Under the pieces are notes generated by a model. It was not told the origin of the DNA. It saw nothing but the letters and a program-made list of their open reading frames with translations, and made no database searches. DNA of 61,817 bases, counting the filler, from Collodictyon triciliatum (Eukaryota), in NCBI GenBank assembly GCA_043381765.1. It is 6 parts of 6 records of this genome, joined end to end, with 100 filler letters (N's around TTAATTAATTAA, not from the genome) between each part and the next. Parts side by side here need not be neighbours in the genome. Positions count along the whole stretch, not along the records: positions 1 to 14,042 come from JBHJMP010000487.1; 5 more parts are not named here. One strand, given 5' to 3'. Position numbers and translations under genes: made by a program. Position 1 is the stretch's first letter, and each line of letters begins with the position of its first letter. Shown piece after piece: positions 1 to 13,300 of this stretch.

Positions 1-112
1 AGAAAGAAAAGAGAAAGAAAAGAGAAAGAAAAGAGAAAGAAAAGAGAAAGAAAAGAGAAAGAAAAGAGAAAGAAAAGAGAAAGAAAAGAGAAAGAAAAAA
101 AGAAGCTCGCAC

Positions 113-2162
113 AGTTAATAAGACGAGACTGTAGCTGAACGAGTATCGGGCGTAGCGCTTGGTGACATTGTCAAATTTCTTATACTCTCCTGTAATGGGG
201 TCAATCTTCCTCTCACCCTTAAATTCAGCCCTTTGCGGTTCCTATTGACAGTCATGCATAGAGATACTCGTATGAAACCATGGCACAGGAAGAAAATATA
301 AAACAACGTCGCGTTCATCATAATTAAAAGCAAGAAAAGAGCAGCGAGCCACTTCTTCCTGATACTCCATGACATCCCATTTGAAGGCATATTCAGAGGA
401 AGACCGTTTCCAGAACTCGATGAAAAGAGTGGCTAGCAAGGTGCAGACGAGCTTATTAGTTTGATGAAATCTCTACATTTAAAACCTCAAATCGAACATT
501 TCGACGCCAAAAATTGGAGATTATAGAATAATTCTCAGTACCCCAGAGACTCAAAAATAAGGCGAATAAGATAACGATGGGCATTGTTGTGCTGGATGAG
601 AAGGACCTACAAACAAGAAACAAGAAGAAAAAAGAGAAAAGGTTCATGGTGGATTGGCAGGCCAGGATATGTTACTGCGATAAAATATTACTGATAGACC
701 CAAGTCAGCACGGCAAGAAGAGCAGGCAGGAGAATCATTTTATTGTAGAAGGCTTTTTGCGAGAAAAAATTAAAATGCTGATTGTTTTGTAAATTGTTGC
801 TTTTTTTCCGTCAAAAAGATCGCTGATAAAAAGAAAGAATACCAAGCCAGGCGAAGTAGAAAGCAATCTCTTCTCCATAATAGTTTCTCATTCTTGCGAT
901 GATTTTCTCGTAGCTATCATTCATCCAAGAAACACGCAGATTTTGCAGAAGGTCATCGTCATGGAGGGCAAATACTTGTTCCACAAAGCCCTCTTCCATC
1001 ATCGTTCGAACTATCAATTGTAGAATATGAGCGTTCATCGACCATAATTATTTGTTACGATTGCATCGAAACATCAAAAAGCTAATAGCCATATACACTA
1101 TTTCTTTCGTATGAGCTTTTTTTTCCTTCATAAAAAAAGCGTGCACAGAAAATGGGTGACGCATAGAGTTCGCCGACGTATTAATGGGCTATTTGCTAGA
1201 AAAGAAAAATCTCAAAAAGTGCAACTTGTGCTCACCAACACCCTCGCCCTGATGGATCTTGAGGGTGCTCAGAGTGTTGATATCGTCTCCTTTGGCAACA
1301 ACACTAAAGTAGCCGATAAGGACGTAGTGATGAGATAGTGAAAAGTCAGATATTCATAAGAAAAATGATATTAAATTAGGAGCCTAAATCGAATAGACAT
1401 TGAGGAATACTGCTTCGAAAATAACAATTACCCGAATATGCGATTACGGATCATTTGTTGGCGTTCAGAGGAGCTGAAAAATGTATGGACATTTTCATAT
1501 CCATCAAATAGCTCTTTTTTGTCACTGCGAAAGTCCACCAGTTCCCCGTCCTTTGGTTGATTCCCGGAATGAGAAAATACAGTGTTCAGGATAATTGTAT
1601 CGATATAAGATTATCTTGAGTGGGTCAGCAATTAAAACATAAAACATAAAACATAAAGCACAAAGCACAAAGCACAAAGCACAAAGCACAAAGCACAAAG
1701 CACAAAGCACAAAGCACAAAGCACAAAGCACAAAGCACAAAGCACAAAACACAAAACACAGAGATAATCATACGAGTAGCTTTTTCAGAAGTCCCATTTT
1801 TTCGGCGTCCTGATAGAACATGTCGGCCACACCAGATACAAGCATGAGAGTCTAATTGGAGCCGTGAAAAGTATGAGTAAATGGCCAATATGATGTAATG
1901 ATAAATAACAGTATCAACCAAATAATAAGTGACAAAGGTGTGTTTGACTGTGGCTTACTTTTCCCGTAGCCTTCGAGGTCTTAACAAGCGTGACCAATTG
2001 GGCCTTGGAAAACCTTTGGGTCAAAAAGTCAATCATGGACCGAAGAGCTTCACCTTTTTTCTGCAAAGGAGACAAAATCGATCATAAATAATGGAATTAA
2101 ATGGCAAGACATATTTTTAAGGAAAATTAAAAACGAAAATGAGAACGACTATAAGTGTGAAT

Positions 2163-2240
<78 letters not shown>

Positions 2241-2267
2241 GTAATAGTAATAATAATAATATTAATA

Positions 2268-2314
<47 letters not shown>

Positions 2315-2687
2315 GTTGGTAATAATCAGTCCAACCTTATCGTCGGTAAAGGCAATCACGTACTCGCAACAAGCAACAGCCGGTTTTTCAACCTTCACTT
2401 TAAGCGACAAACTGTGCACAAGCCATCTCACGGCAACAGCGTATGGCCTGAAAATTGCAACAGGATAAAATAGCTAGTAGGCACAAAAAAGAAATAAAGA
2501 GAAAAAGAGAAAAAGAGAAAAAGAGAAAAAGAGAAAAAGAGAAAAAGAGAAAAAGAGAAAAAGAGAAAAAGAACAAAAGAGAGAACAAAAGAGAGAACAA
2601 AAGAATTGCACAGGCCGAATATCAGACACACTTGAACTCAGCAGGAGCAGCCTTCTCCGCGGCATTTGTAGCTCCAACCTCGGCCAT
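113..2687 (-). CDS. Anoctamin/TMEM16 family protein, paralog A (multi-exon, 3' end runs off the window start)
   Basis: GT-AG exons join from ATG 2687 (MAEVGATNAAEK...) through FFSSSERQQMI, FVEQVFALHD...RMRNYYGEEIAFYFAWL, ATLFIEFWKRSSSEYAFKWD and EPQRAEFKGERKIDPITG, all typical anoctamin motifs. Last visible exon ends at 113. Confidence 0.9.
2165..2313. repeat. (AAT)n microsatellite, intronic
   Basis: Direct reading; lies in an intron of anoctamin A. Confidence 0.9.
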
Positions 2688-3346
2688 ATGGAAAGCAGTG
2701 ATCCGATCAGACGACCACAACGCTGCATTCAAAAAAAAAAAAAAAAACAGATCACGCCAGGAAGACAGACGGCCACAGGAATCTCCAACCACCCGCACGA
2801 GTGAGACAACGACCACGAAACGCCCCACCCAAGGAAGCAACCAGTCTGCGGGGACTCTGGGCAGCCCAACCACGACTCCGTTTTACACACGCAGCTGGCC
2901 GACCGCCTCTCCTGATTCTTCACGCACCCAAACACTAGCCTCAGCGGCCGCCTGCTTCTGATTACACGCCCATTCCTTTGAAGCCCCTATTGTGGATTTT
3001 ATAAGTTGCCTTTTGCCCAACAAACACAGGCGAGGTGGAAGATTCAGTTCATATGTCTATCTCTGGAAATTTCTTGAAAAAATGGGGTACTCTAATGTGG
3101 GTTGTGATGTCTACTCTGCAGAGAAGGAAATGGGCCGTCATTTTTGGTATGAATTCATGTATCCATTTGTGGAAAGCTTCGTTTCTGTGTGCTCGACTTG
3201 TCAGAACGGGCGCAAAGCACATCTCTTATTTGCTTACATAGTCTTCTGCTCCAGTCAACTCCTTTTTCTTTTCTTTTCTTTTCTTCTTTTTCATGTTGCC
3301 ATGTCTGCTATATCAGAGCCAGTTTTATCCATGGGCACGTTCATCA

Positions 3347-6089
3347 TTACTGAAGTGTGGATGGGTCGTAGACCTGCACAGTGAACAGAACGATGCCGCT
3401 GTTTCTGTCGCGAATGCAGAACAAGAAAGGGCGGTCGAACGTCAATGGAATCACGACGGGTCGGACAAAAGAGCGCGACATCATCACTGCAGTGGCAGCA
3501 GCGGCTTCGGTGCCCTCCTCATTGATCTCAACCACCGCCTGCAGAATTTCCGGGATAAAAAGGTAAGTTTTTTCTTATTAAAAAAATAAAATAGAAGCAC
3601 AAGATACTTTCTCAAAAGAACGAGGGTCTTATTTTGGTTGTTGGGAACAGACAGTACGATGAAAATAGCTCGTATGTTCTTAGTTGTGTGCATCAAAATG
3701 TTTGTCTACTTTTATATCCAAAAAGATAGTTCGCAAATGAAAAAGAAATAAAACCATTCACGTTACGATATAAGGGACAGAGTGTCGAATAAGGAAAACA
3801 AACAACCAATCAGGTAGATTTAGGAATGAATGCGAGCATAGGAGTACCTTGTGGATCACTTCGCTGATGAAAAGGCCTTTGGAGTTCTCTGACATGGCGG
3901 AGAAATCAGCCTCATGAGTGAATGCGTCGTTGATACCGGCTTTCTGGAGGCTCTTGACCAGTTGCGAGCTTCCTTCAATCTATATTAAGATGATTTCAGA
4001 TCAGATTGCTGAACAAAGCCCGACAAAGGCCGAACAATTTTATTTTATTATCATTTCTTTTTATATGTAAAAATGGAATAGAGAAGTATAATTCAGCAAT
4101 GGAGTAAAAAAAAAAAAAAACCTTGAACTTTGGCACAGTGAGTCGAATCGTTGTTGTAGAGTTTCCAGTTTTTGTCCAAGAATCCCATTCTCCAAATGCA
4201 ACAGGCAGAGTATCTGCGAGAAGGTTTCCGGGTTTTGGAAGCAAAAAGGTGGCTACAAGTCCATGCTCACTCCCGCTTGTTTGATACGGAAGATCGATAG
4301 CCTGGCGATGAGCACAATTTTAAGAGGCGATGAAGAATTAGCTGAATGTTGCTGACTTGGGACTCATCTTCATAAATAGACTTGAAAGCTAAATCAAACT
4401 CATACTTATTTTGTGAAGCATGAATCTCATGCAGTTAATATACTTTCATTATTATTTTGCAAGAAAATTATTTCATTAAATTGATTGGATGATGAATTAC
4501 ATCAAACAAAGTGTGTTCATAGTGCGCAATTTTTCGTTGCATATTCATCATCGGCACTTGAATATATTCTCGGTCGCTGGTGGGAGAAAAGTAACCCAGC
4601 TCAGTATCGGTCGGATCGAATTTGTTTGCCCAGGAACCCTATGCATGATATGGTTAAAAAAAATAAATCAAGAGGGATGCACCTCATGCGAAGTTATGAT
4701 ACGAAATTATGTGGATTACAAGTGGATCTCGCAGATGACTCGTCCGAAGGAAATATTGCAGGTAGATGGCTTTCTTTTATCATGTTCAAACCTTAAAGTA
4801 AATTCCATTCAATATCACTGCCTCGACATTTGCCGGAGTCTGTGAAAGCAGTTTTTGGATTTTCTGCTCGGTTGCATCAGAAACCCAGCTATTAACCTTT
4901 GGCACGATTATACGCAACGTTAGTACGATCAAAATAGAATCGAACGGTAATAAGAGCCTCGGTTGCGATGAGCAAGATATGAATCTATTCACTTGCTCTA
5001 CGACGTCTCCTGCCAATGGGAAAACTGTCCCGTGGTATTGAGTCTTCAGAACGTCCAGAAATCCTCGCTTTGGTTCGCCACACGATGCCTTCAGCAAAAC
5101 CTGGTGTTCAAGAGATTCGGGAAAGAGTTTGTCTGATTTGGTCCATTTTTACTGCTATGTGACGATTGGATAGCTTCAGAAAGCCATACATCATGGATGT
5201 GGTCTTTTGTTAAATGCGTTCGCAACGCCCAGACAGAAAACATGGCAGAATCTGTTGAGGCAACCACATACACCCACACACAATTCCACTTTACAAAAAA
5301 TACCTACTGTAAAATCATTAATCGAAAGAGTTGTGAACATATTTTACCGCATTGGCAATCTTGAGCCTGTTGCCCCCGCTGAGTGCCGCAGTGAGCTTCT
5401 GTTGAAGAGCCTCGTTCCCTTGATTAAGCTGTAATATTGGTTGGGATTTTTTTTGCTTATTTACTCGCATGTTACATTGTTTGTTTTCCTTTTTTTTTTA
5501 AAAAAAAAACTACAGATAATTCATGGGGAATATCACAAAATGGCAAAAACGAAAAAACAGGCAAATATTAAGATGTTTAAATATGATACAGAAATAATGT
5601 AAAAATCATAAATAAATAAATAGTTTTCTATATACTGCGTTGACGTCAGAGGAAAAGCCAAGTGCAGAGACGATTTCCTGCTGTGTTTTCCCAACTCCGC
5701 CGTTTGCAGCGACGCTGGAGACGAAGGAATGCATAGTTTCAATAATCACGAGCCAGTTGTTGATAAGTCAAGCAAATTCTAAAAACACAATGAGAGCAGC
5801 AAAAAAAAAAAAAAAGAACGCTGCAGTCATTGCATCCAATAAGCCCAGCTCCCTATATAAATCTAGAAACAGCCACGCCGCACACAAACCATTACTTCGC
5901 CTCTTTCTGAATCTTGAGATGAAAGGAAAAAAAAAACTGAAAACTTGGATGATAAAAATTGAGTGTATCGTAAGGTGCGGCACACAACCTGAGTGCAAAG
6001 TAGATGGAAATCGGCCCCATCGCATAGTTTTCCGCGCCGACTTTCGCAGTGGCCAGAAACAGTTGGAAACCCAGTCTGTTCATTTCCAT
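3347..6089 (-). CDS. Serpin (serine protease inhibitor), multi-exon
   Basis: N-terminal MEMNRLGFQLF...NYAMGPISIYFAL; VNSWVSDATEQKIQKLL...AVILNGIYFK; LTVPKFK; C-terminal VEINEEGTEAAAATAVMMSRSF...FDRPFLFCIRDRNSGIVLF, stop at 3347. Start may be the upstream ATG at 6134. Confidence 0.93.
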
Positions 6090-6617
6090 GGCTGCTACAA
6101 AGAAACATGTGTTAGCCTCTGCCTCCAAGTCCATCTCTACTCCTCTTCTCTTCTCTACTCCTCACACGGCTGTGATTTCCGTCGTGCTGCTCCGCTTTGG
6201 CCTGCTTCGTCTGATTTGTCTCTGCATTGCTGTCAAAACGAAGAAAAAAAACTAGTAAAAATATGAAAAAAAAAACGAAATGCTAAATATTCCAAATATA
6301 GATACTAAGCGAATAAATTCCATCAGAGACTTATATAGAAAATATACGAATAATTTTGTTTATTTTTACTAATTCTGGATAAGCTCATTGACCCGTTTTC
6401 GGTGCTTTTGTTTGTTTTTGGCGCATATCATTGGTCGACATCCTTTGCTGAACGAGGCTGTGTCATTCGCAATCAGAACGTGTTTTGCTTGCGTGCTTCG
6501 AAGCAGCCCATTTTCCAGACTGACCCATGTTTATGCCGTCCCTCATTTTCTTATGCGGAGGCCTGGCTCTCGTGAATGTGTCGGCAATATTACAGCGATG
6601 CACCCTCGTTCTCGTTC

Positions 6618-6712
<95 letters not shown>
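6618..6712. repeat. (GTT)n microsatellite between the divergent serpin and anoctamin-SMP starts
   Basis: Direct reading. Confidence 0.9.
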
Positions 6713-6713
<1 letters not shown>

Positions 6714-6817
6714 TATTTTTACTTTCTTCTTTTTTTCACCAGTTTTAATTTTATTCTGGTTGATTTCTGGACATGAATAACGATTACACTTTCTTTGTCG
6801 TTTAATCGAAAGGAAGT

Positions 6818-7286
6818 ATGGATGCAGAGTTTGAAGAGCCTCCAAAAAAGTCTGGTTCTCGCCTTCTGAGGAAAGTCCTGTGGTAAGCCTTTCCGTCTTC
6901 TTTGACGTTTTCCTTCTCATTGTGACATAGTTTAGGCCAATTGGCTCTCTTTGTTGCTCAGAAACAGCGCTTCGGTTGTTTACAGCATTTTTCGATTCCA
7001 ACCTGCTTTTTTAGCTTCTCTTTTTAAAAGAAATTGAGAATTATGTTAACCTGCAAGATATTTTGCAAGATAGATTTATTGAATTATTTCAAAATCTTTA
7101 TTATCAACACACACTCTCTCTCTTTATTCTCAGGCTGTCTTCTCTGAAAGCTCGTCTGAGTCGCTTGCTTTTGGAAAATCGACAGAAGGCTTCGTCTGAG
7201 GGAAATCTACCGGAGTGGGTCATTGTTGTCAAGAGTGCGAATGTAAGTAAACAAGCATCAAAAGTTTTACAATTACTATTATTACT

Positions 7287-7358
<72 letters not shown>

Positions 7359-10300
7359 GAATGTTCAATAGCCCATATCATTCATAATTATATTTTTACA
7401 TGTGCTTATCTACTTGATTGAAGGTTGTCCACACACCAGACTTGGTGGCATTCCAAAACACTGTCCGAAAACACCGACTACACATCGAACCACTGGAAAA
7501 CCTTGAAGCAGGAACAGTGTGTTTCTATTCCCCTTAGTTATTGTTTTGTTGTATTTATGAAAGAAATATTTGGTGCTCTAATTAGCAGTCGTATATCGGA
7601 TGCTTTGGACGAAGGGGAAAATAATGTTCGACTGTCATACTCACACAGGTTACTTTCTTCGTCTACGCTGAAAAGGACTTCCTCTATGAACAGGCAGAAA
7701 AAAAGAGAATGATAAAGCCACTCAAAGTATATCTACGAAGCATATTTGGATATTTAAGATGTTGCTCCTTTGTTTTCTCATATTGGAGATGCATTTCGAT
7801 GCAATCTATTTATTATAACAAGTAGCTCATTTTATTTTTGTTATATATCAGTGACCATAACAATTTTCAAATGACAGCTTTGTCTGATTAGTATAATTAT
7901 GTCAAAGCAACCAAAAGGAACCTCGTATGTTCCTATCAACACAATAGCAACTGCAACAGCTTTCTAATTGGTTTTTTAAACATATATTAGAGTGGAGGTG
8001 TTGCTTTCTTCCGCTTGAAACAGAAAGATCGATTCTCGGATTATGATAAACCAGACATTTTCTTCACCAGCCACGAGCGCCAAAAGATTTGCTATGATAT
8101 TCTTTCGAAGTCAGCCTATCAATAATATACAGATTATGATTTCTTCATGTGATACTGAAAGAAATCCGATTTTCATCAATAAACTGCATCTATAGCATCA
8201 AGGTCGAAGCGACCGATGTACAAGCCATTAAGTCCGTTAAATTGGAATCTGGTCAATATATGCGTAAGACGAATTATTTCACAATGGTTGTCTTTCTTTT
8301 CTTTTCTTTTCTTTTCTTTTCTTTTCTTTTCTTTCTTTTCTTTCTATTCTTTCTTTTCTTTCTTTTCTTTCTTTTCTTTCTCTTTTTTCTCTTTTTCTCT
8401 TTTTTCTTTCTTTTTCTCTTTTTTCTCTTTTTTCTCTTTTTTTCTCTTTTTTCTCTTTTTTCTCTTTTTTCTCTTTTTTCTCTTTTTTCTCTTTTTTCTC
8501 TTTTTTTCTCTTTTTTCTTTTTTTTTTNNNNNNNNNNNNNNNNNNNNNNNNNNNNNNNNNNNNNNNNNNNNNNNNNNNNNNNNNNNNNNNNNNNNNNNNN
8601 NNNNNNNNNNNNNNNNNNNNNNNNNNNCTTTTCTTTCTTTTCTTTCTTTTCTTTCTTTTCTTTCTTTTCTTTCTTTTCTTTCTTTTCTTTCTTTTCTTTC
8701 TTTTCTTTCTCTTCTTTCTCTTTTTTCTCTTTTTTCTCTTTTTTCTCTTCTTTCTCTTCTTTCTCTTCTTTCTCTTCTTTCTCTTCTTTCTCTTCTTTTT
8801 TCTTGTTCTTTTTTCTTTTTTCTTTTTTCTTTTTTCTTTTTTCTTTTTTCTTTTTCTTTCTTTTCTTTTTCTTTCTTTTCTTTTTCTTTCTTTTCTTTTT
8901 CTTTTTCATTCCTTTCTTGAAAAAAAAAAATTACACAAAATCGAATGTTCGATTGAAACATATTCAATCAAAATTTTACCCGATGTAAGGCTGAGTTATC
9001 ACACCAGCTCAAAATGGTACTATTCTCATGACACAGTTCAAAGACTACTGGAGACGAATTTCATCAGCGACATCTTCTGCATGCATGAAGAAGGTGCTTT
9101 GGATAAACTACGGTTCAAGATGTTGAATGATGGACCGCGCGAGCTCCTCAACCATATCCATGAGTACTTCGGGGATGAAATTGCCTTTTACTTCGGGTGG
9201 CTTGGTACATCCCTTTCCTGAGAGACATATTCTACCAGACAGTCTCTGTAATAACCAATGTGGCCTATTCAATGATTAAAAAAAAAAATCCTTATTTTAA
9301 GATTTTATGAATGTTCTGCTGGTTATTCCTGCGTTGATCGGAGCAATCACCTACTTCCAAACGTAAATAAAACATAGTAATTCGCAGTCGAAATTTTTTT
9401 AATTCTTTTCATTTACGAAAATCCTGGTATTGTTAAACTACATCTTGGTGCTGATTGTCCATGTAAATTATTCTTAACGTCTTTTGTTGTTAATTTTATT
9501 CATGGGTTCAAGGTGGAACAAACTGGATTCACGCTTACTGCTCTACTACCCACTCCTTACTTCTTTATGGGGTGACTTTTCTACCTCATTTTGCCCTATT
9601 GTTCATCATCACAATTATAAGTTTTTGCACAAGTGTCTATTTCCACGGCATTATTGAACTTATTAAGCGTTATGTATATTATCAAGGGACTGTTGCCATC
9701 GAACTCTGGAAGCGTAAGAGTGCAGTCTTATCTTACCGATGGGGAATCCTATCAGGGAATTCCAGAAAGGTGCCTTTCAAATCGTTTTTTTTTTTTTAGA
9801 GTTCGATTCGAAAATAAATCGGGCAGACTTCATCTGTTTTGCAACCACATCATAATTATGGCTAAAGTGAACAAGATTTTGATGCATATTCATGCTTTTG
9901 CCCAGGATGAGTCAGAAGAAGGCAAGAGATCTCAAGAAGAGGATGCCAGCCAAATAAGAGCGAGGATATGGATTTACTTTGTGAACTATATCGTAGTTAT
10001 TTGCGCTGTAAGGATTTTTACGTCTACTGAAACAAATTTTGGATAACTTTTCATTGTGCAATTGATTGGGGGTTTACCTTTCACCTTTTTTTAAAAAGTT
10101 TTTCATGTACAAAATTGTTTGTCCTAATAGACAAGCATTCCCATTGTTACGACGGCCGTAAAAATACACATTACCCATCTGTACTCCTCGGATACCGTCG
10201 TCAGCATTATTATTTCGATCTTTCATACATTGTTGATGAGAGCACAGTCAACAGTAATTTTTATTTTAATCTATTAATTTTTATTGTTTTCTGTTATAGC

Positions 10301-13300
10301 TAGAATTTTATTCCGAAAAAATAGTGGATTTTGGTATTAGAATAGGATAGTTACGCAGTATATACATATTAGGCTTACCAGCAATTAAGCGTTAAGCTGA
10401 GTCAATATGGTTTGTAAGCACCGACCTATGTCTTTTCGAATCGATGGTCAATCCTTATGGAAAAAAAATATAACCTTCTGAAGAAATCCTATTATGTAAT
10501 GAATTCGTTGGCTTCATTAGAAAATCACACAAACGACGCCACGTATCGCAAACATATGACAATTAGGCTGTTTATTTTTGAAATTCCAAACAGGTATGCT
10601 TCTTGTTTAATTATTTCTCACTTCAAGGTTTGAGTTTGTAGATAATTCATGTTGTTTTGGAGAAAATAGGTTTCTTGGCTTCCTATACACAGGATTTTAC
10701 TTGCAGGATCTTTTCCTTCTCCGACGTCAGCTAAGTGCGTACCGCTCATTTTTGAAATGTTATGCACGCATCTCGTACAAATTTAACGGAAAAATGTTTT
10801 TATGCTGGTTTTTTGCTCTTCATTTCTCATATACATACTTGCGCAGTTGTATTCTTCTTTGTCGATCAAATCCAAGGCACATTGACCGAATATGTCATAC
10901 CGTAACGCTTGCGTCTCATATTGCTTACTTATCCTGAACACTTAGAGTTTAAGTATTCTTTAAAACATAATAACTGTATTTTGATTATGTAGATATCTGT
11001 CCGTTAAATATAAATGGAAGAATGTTTTGGAAATGGAAACGGAGGATGATCAAGATGCAAAAGCACCAGCACAGACATCGGCACCAGGAGGGTCTCACGT
11101 TCCGGCATCAAAGGCATTAGAGTCGCCCAATATGTCAAATATCTCATCAAAACCTGCAATATTCCTGATGTCTTTTTAATGTAGATCCAAGCGAACTCTA
11201 AGCTTATTCCTTACGACAGCACCTACATGGACTATTTTGAGATAGGTTGGAAAAGAAAAATAACCAGATGATATGTTTATTTGCACTTTTTTTTTTTTTG
11301 TGGATATCATAAAGCTGTTTTGGTCATTTGGTCATTTTTTCATGCACTTTGATTTTTAACAAAAGAATAATTTTGATCACTCTCAAATAGTTCTACAGTT
11401 TGCCTTGGTCTCTTCTTTTGCCACGGCTGCGCCGATAGCGCCCCTTCTAGCATATTTTAACAACATCATCGAATGGAACGGAGATTTATACAAACTCGTA
11501 AACATCCATCGTGTGAGTAATTGTGGTACATTTCTCTTTAAAACACTTTTGCATTTACTTGAAATATTAAATGGTGATGTATACAGAGGCCTGTGCCCTA
11601 TTCTGCGGATGGGATAGGTATTTTTTCTCAGTTTCATTTTTCCTACTTTTGCTTCTTTTTTTTCCTACATATATTTAGGAATGATATTGTTCACTTTTCA
11701 TTCAATAATATCTATTATCAATATTTCTGAAAAATGTATTTTCTATCTTAATTTTATTTATGATTTCAACATATACTTAATATTAAGTATATGTTGATAT
11801 CAATTTATGAATTTATTTATTTATTTGATCCTTCGCTTCATCTCAAGTATGATTTGCTTACTTACTCATCCTTCTTAAGGAGTATGGGTCCAAGTCCTGG
11901 AAATCACATCTTTGGTCTCTGTCATTATCAATGCAGGCCTCTCTTATGTTTACCTCGTGAATGTTATTAAACCCAACGATGAATGGTCGCACGCGTCATA
12001 CCTGGTGGCAATCGTCTTATTTGAGGTAAATCATAAAGGAAAATAATTCTAATAATTATAGATTGTATAAATATCAATTAAAATGAAGCAGATAGCCACA
12101 CTATTTAATTTTATTTCAAAAGAGAAGATCCAAAAATCATCAGAAACGAATCATTATAGTGTTCCTAATTTTGAAACTGGCTCCGAATTTTTGTAGCATG
12201 TCATATATGGGTTGAAGTCATGGGCTGCTTATGCTATTCCAGATATTCCAGAGTGGGTTAACAAAGAGTTGAATTTACAAAAGGCTCGATTTAAGTCTGG
12301 AGAAAAGGTGCATTTCGTCTAATTGATTAGAATATAACATTATGAACCAGATGCAAAGGCAAAAACATTCGGCTAATAAAATCTGTATTTGAATAATTTT
12401 TCCTATAAAATGCCCACTAGATCTTTTCCAAGAGAAACAATCAAATTTTCAACTCATTTGAGGATGACCTCATGCGTGTCCTATCCAATATTCACACTCT
12501 GGGTTTGTCCACGACACCTCGCTTGCATGTTCTCATAAGTATGGCTTTCTGCTACTTAGCAGGATACTATGGCTTTGGAATTGTCATTTCTGGTTTGATA
12601 TACACCATCTACAAAAGAAGACAATTGAGATGTAGGGAAAAGCTCAGCCGTGAGTTGGTCGCCGAGCAGCAAGGGAAATTGTATTTGAACGCAAAGGTTT
12701 TGCAATTTGCTCGATTGTGACGAATGAAATATTATATTGGTAGTACTGTAGCGTTGTTGTATTTTTTTTAAGGGATTATCTTCTAATTTGTATCTACAGA
12801 TGTTCCAAGACCCTGAAGGGGTTGAATGGCTCAATTACGTGATGGATTCCATATGGAAAAATTACAGCGGAAATTTTGAGTTGATGATAAAAAACCTCGT
12901 GAACTACTATCTCAACAGCTATCGACCGGCAATTATGGTATTCACTGCATTTTGACGCAAGAACTTTATGATTCTGAGTTCATTTCCGCTGATGTTTCAC
13001 AATGATTGATCATTTCTACAGAGAAGCCTTGAGCTTGGCACGTGCGACTTGGGAACACGCGCCCCAGTCTTTTCAAACATGAAAGTGGCCGAGCCAGCGA
13101 AAGATCGCTCTGTTGTAATTTTTTATAAAAACTATGCTTTTATTCGTTCATATTTTTTTCAATTATCTATTGGATTAGTTTCATAAAGAAAGGAGGAGGT
13201 TATGTCGCATTCATACACCACTCAATCTTCTCTGAATATATGAGCAGTCGAATTCTTTGATTTATTTAATTTATTGTTTTTTTCTCAGTAATAAGAATAA

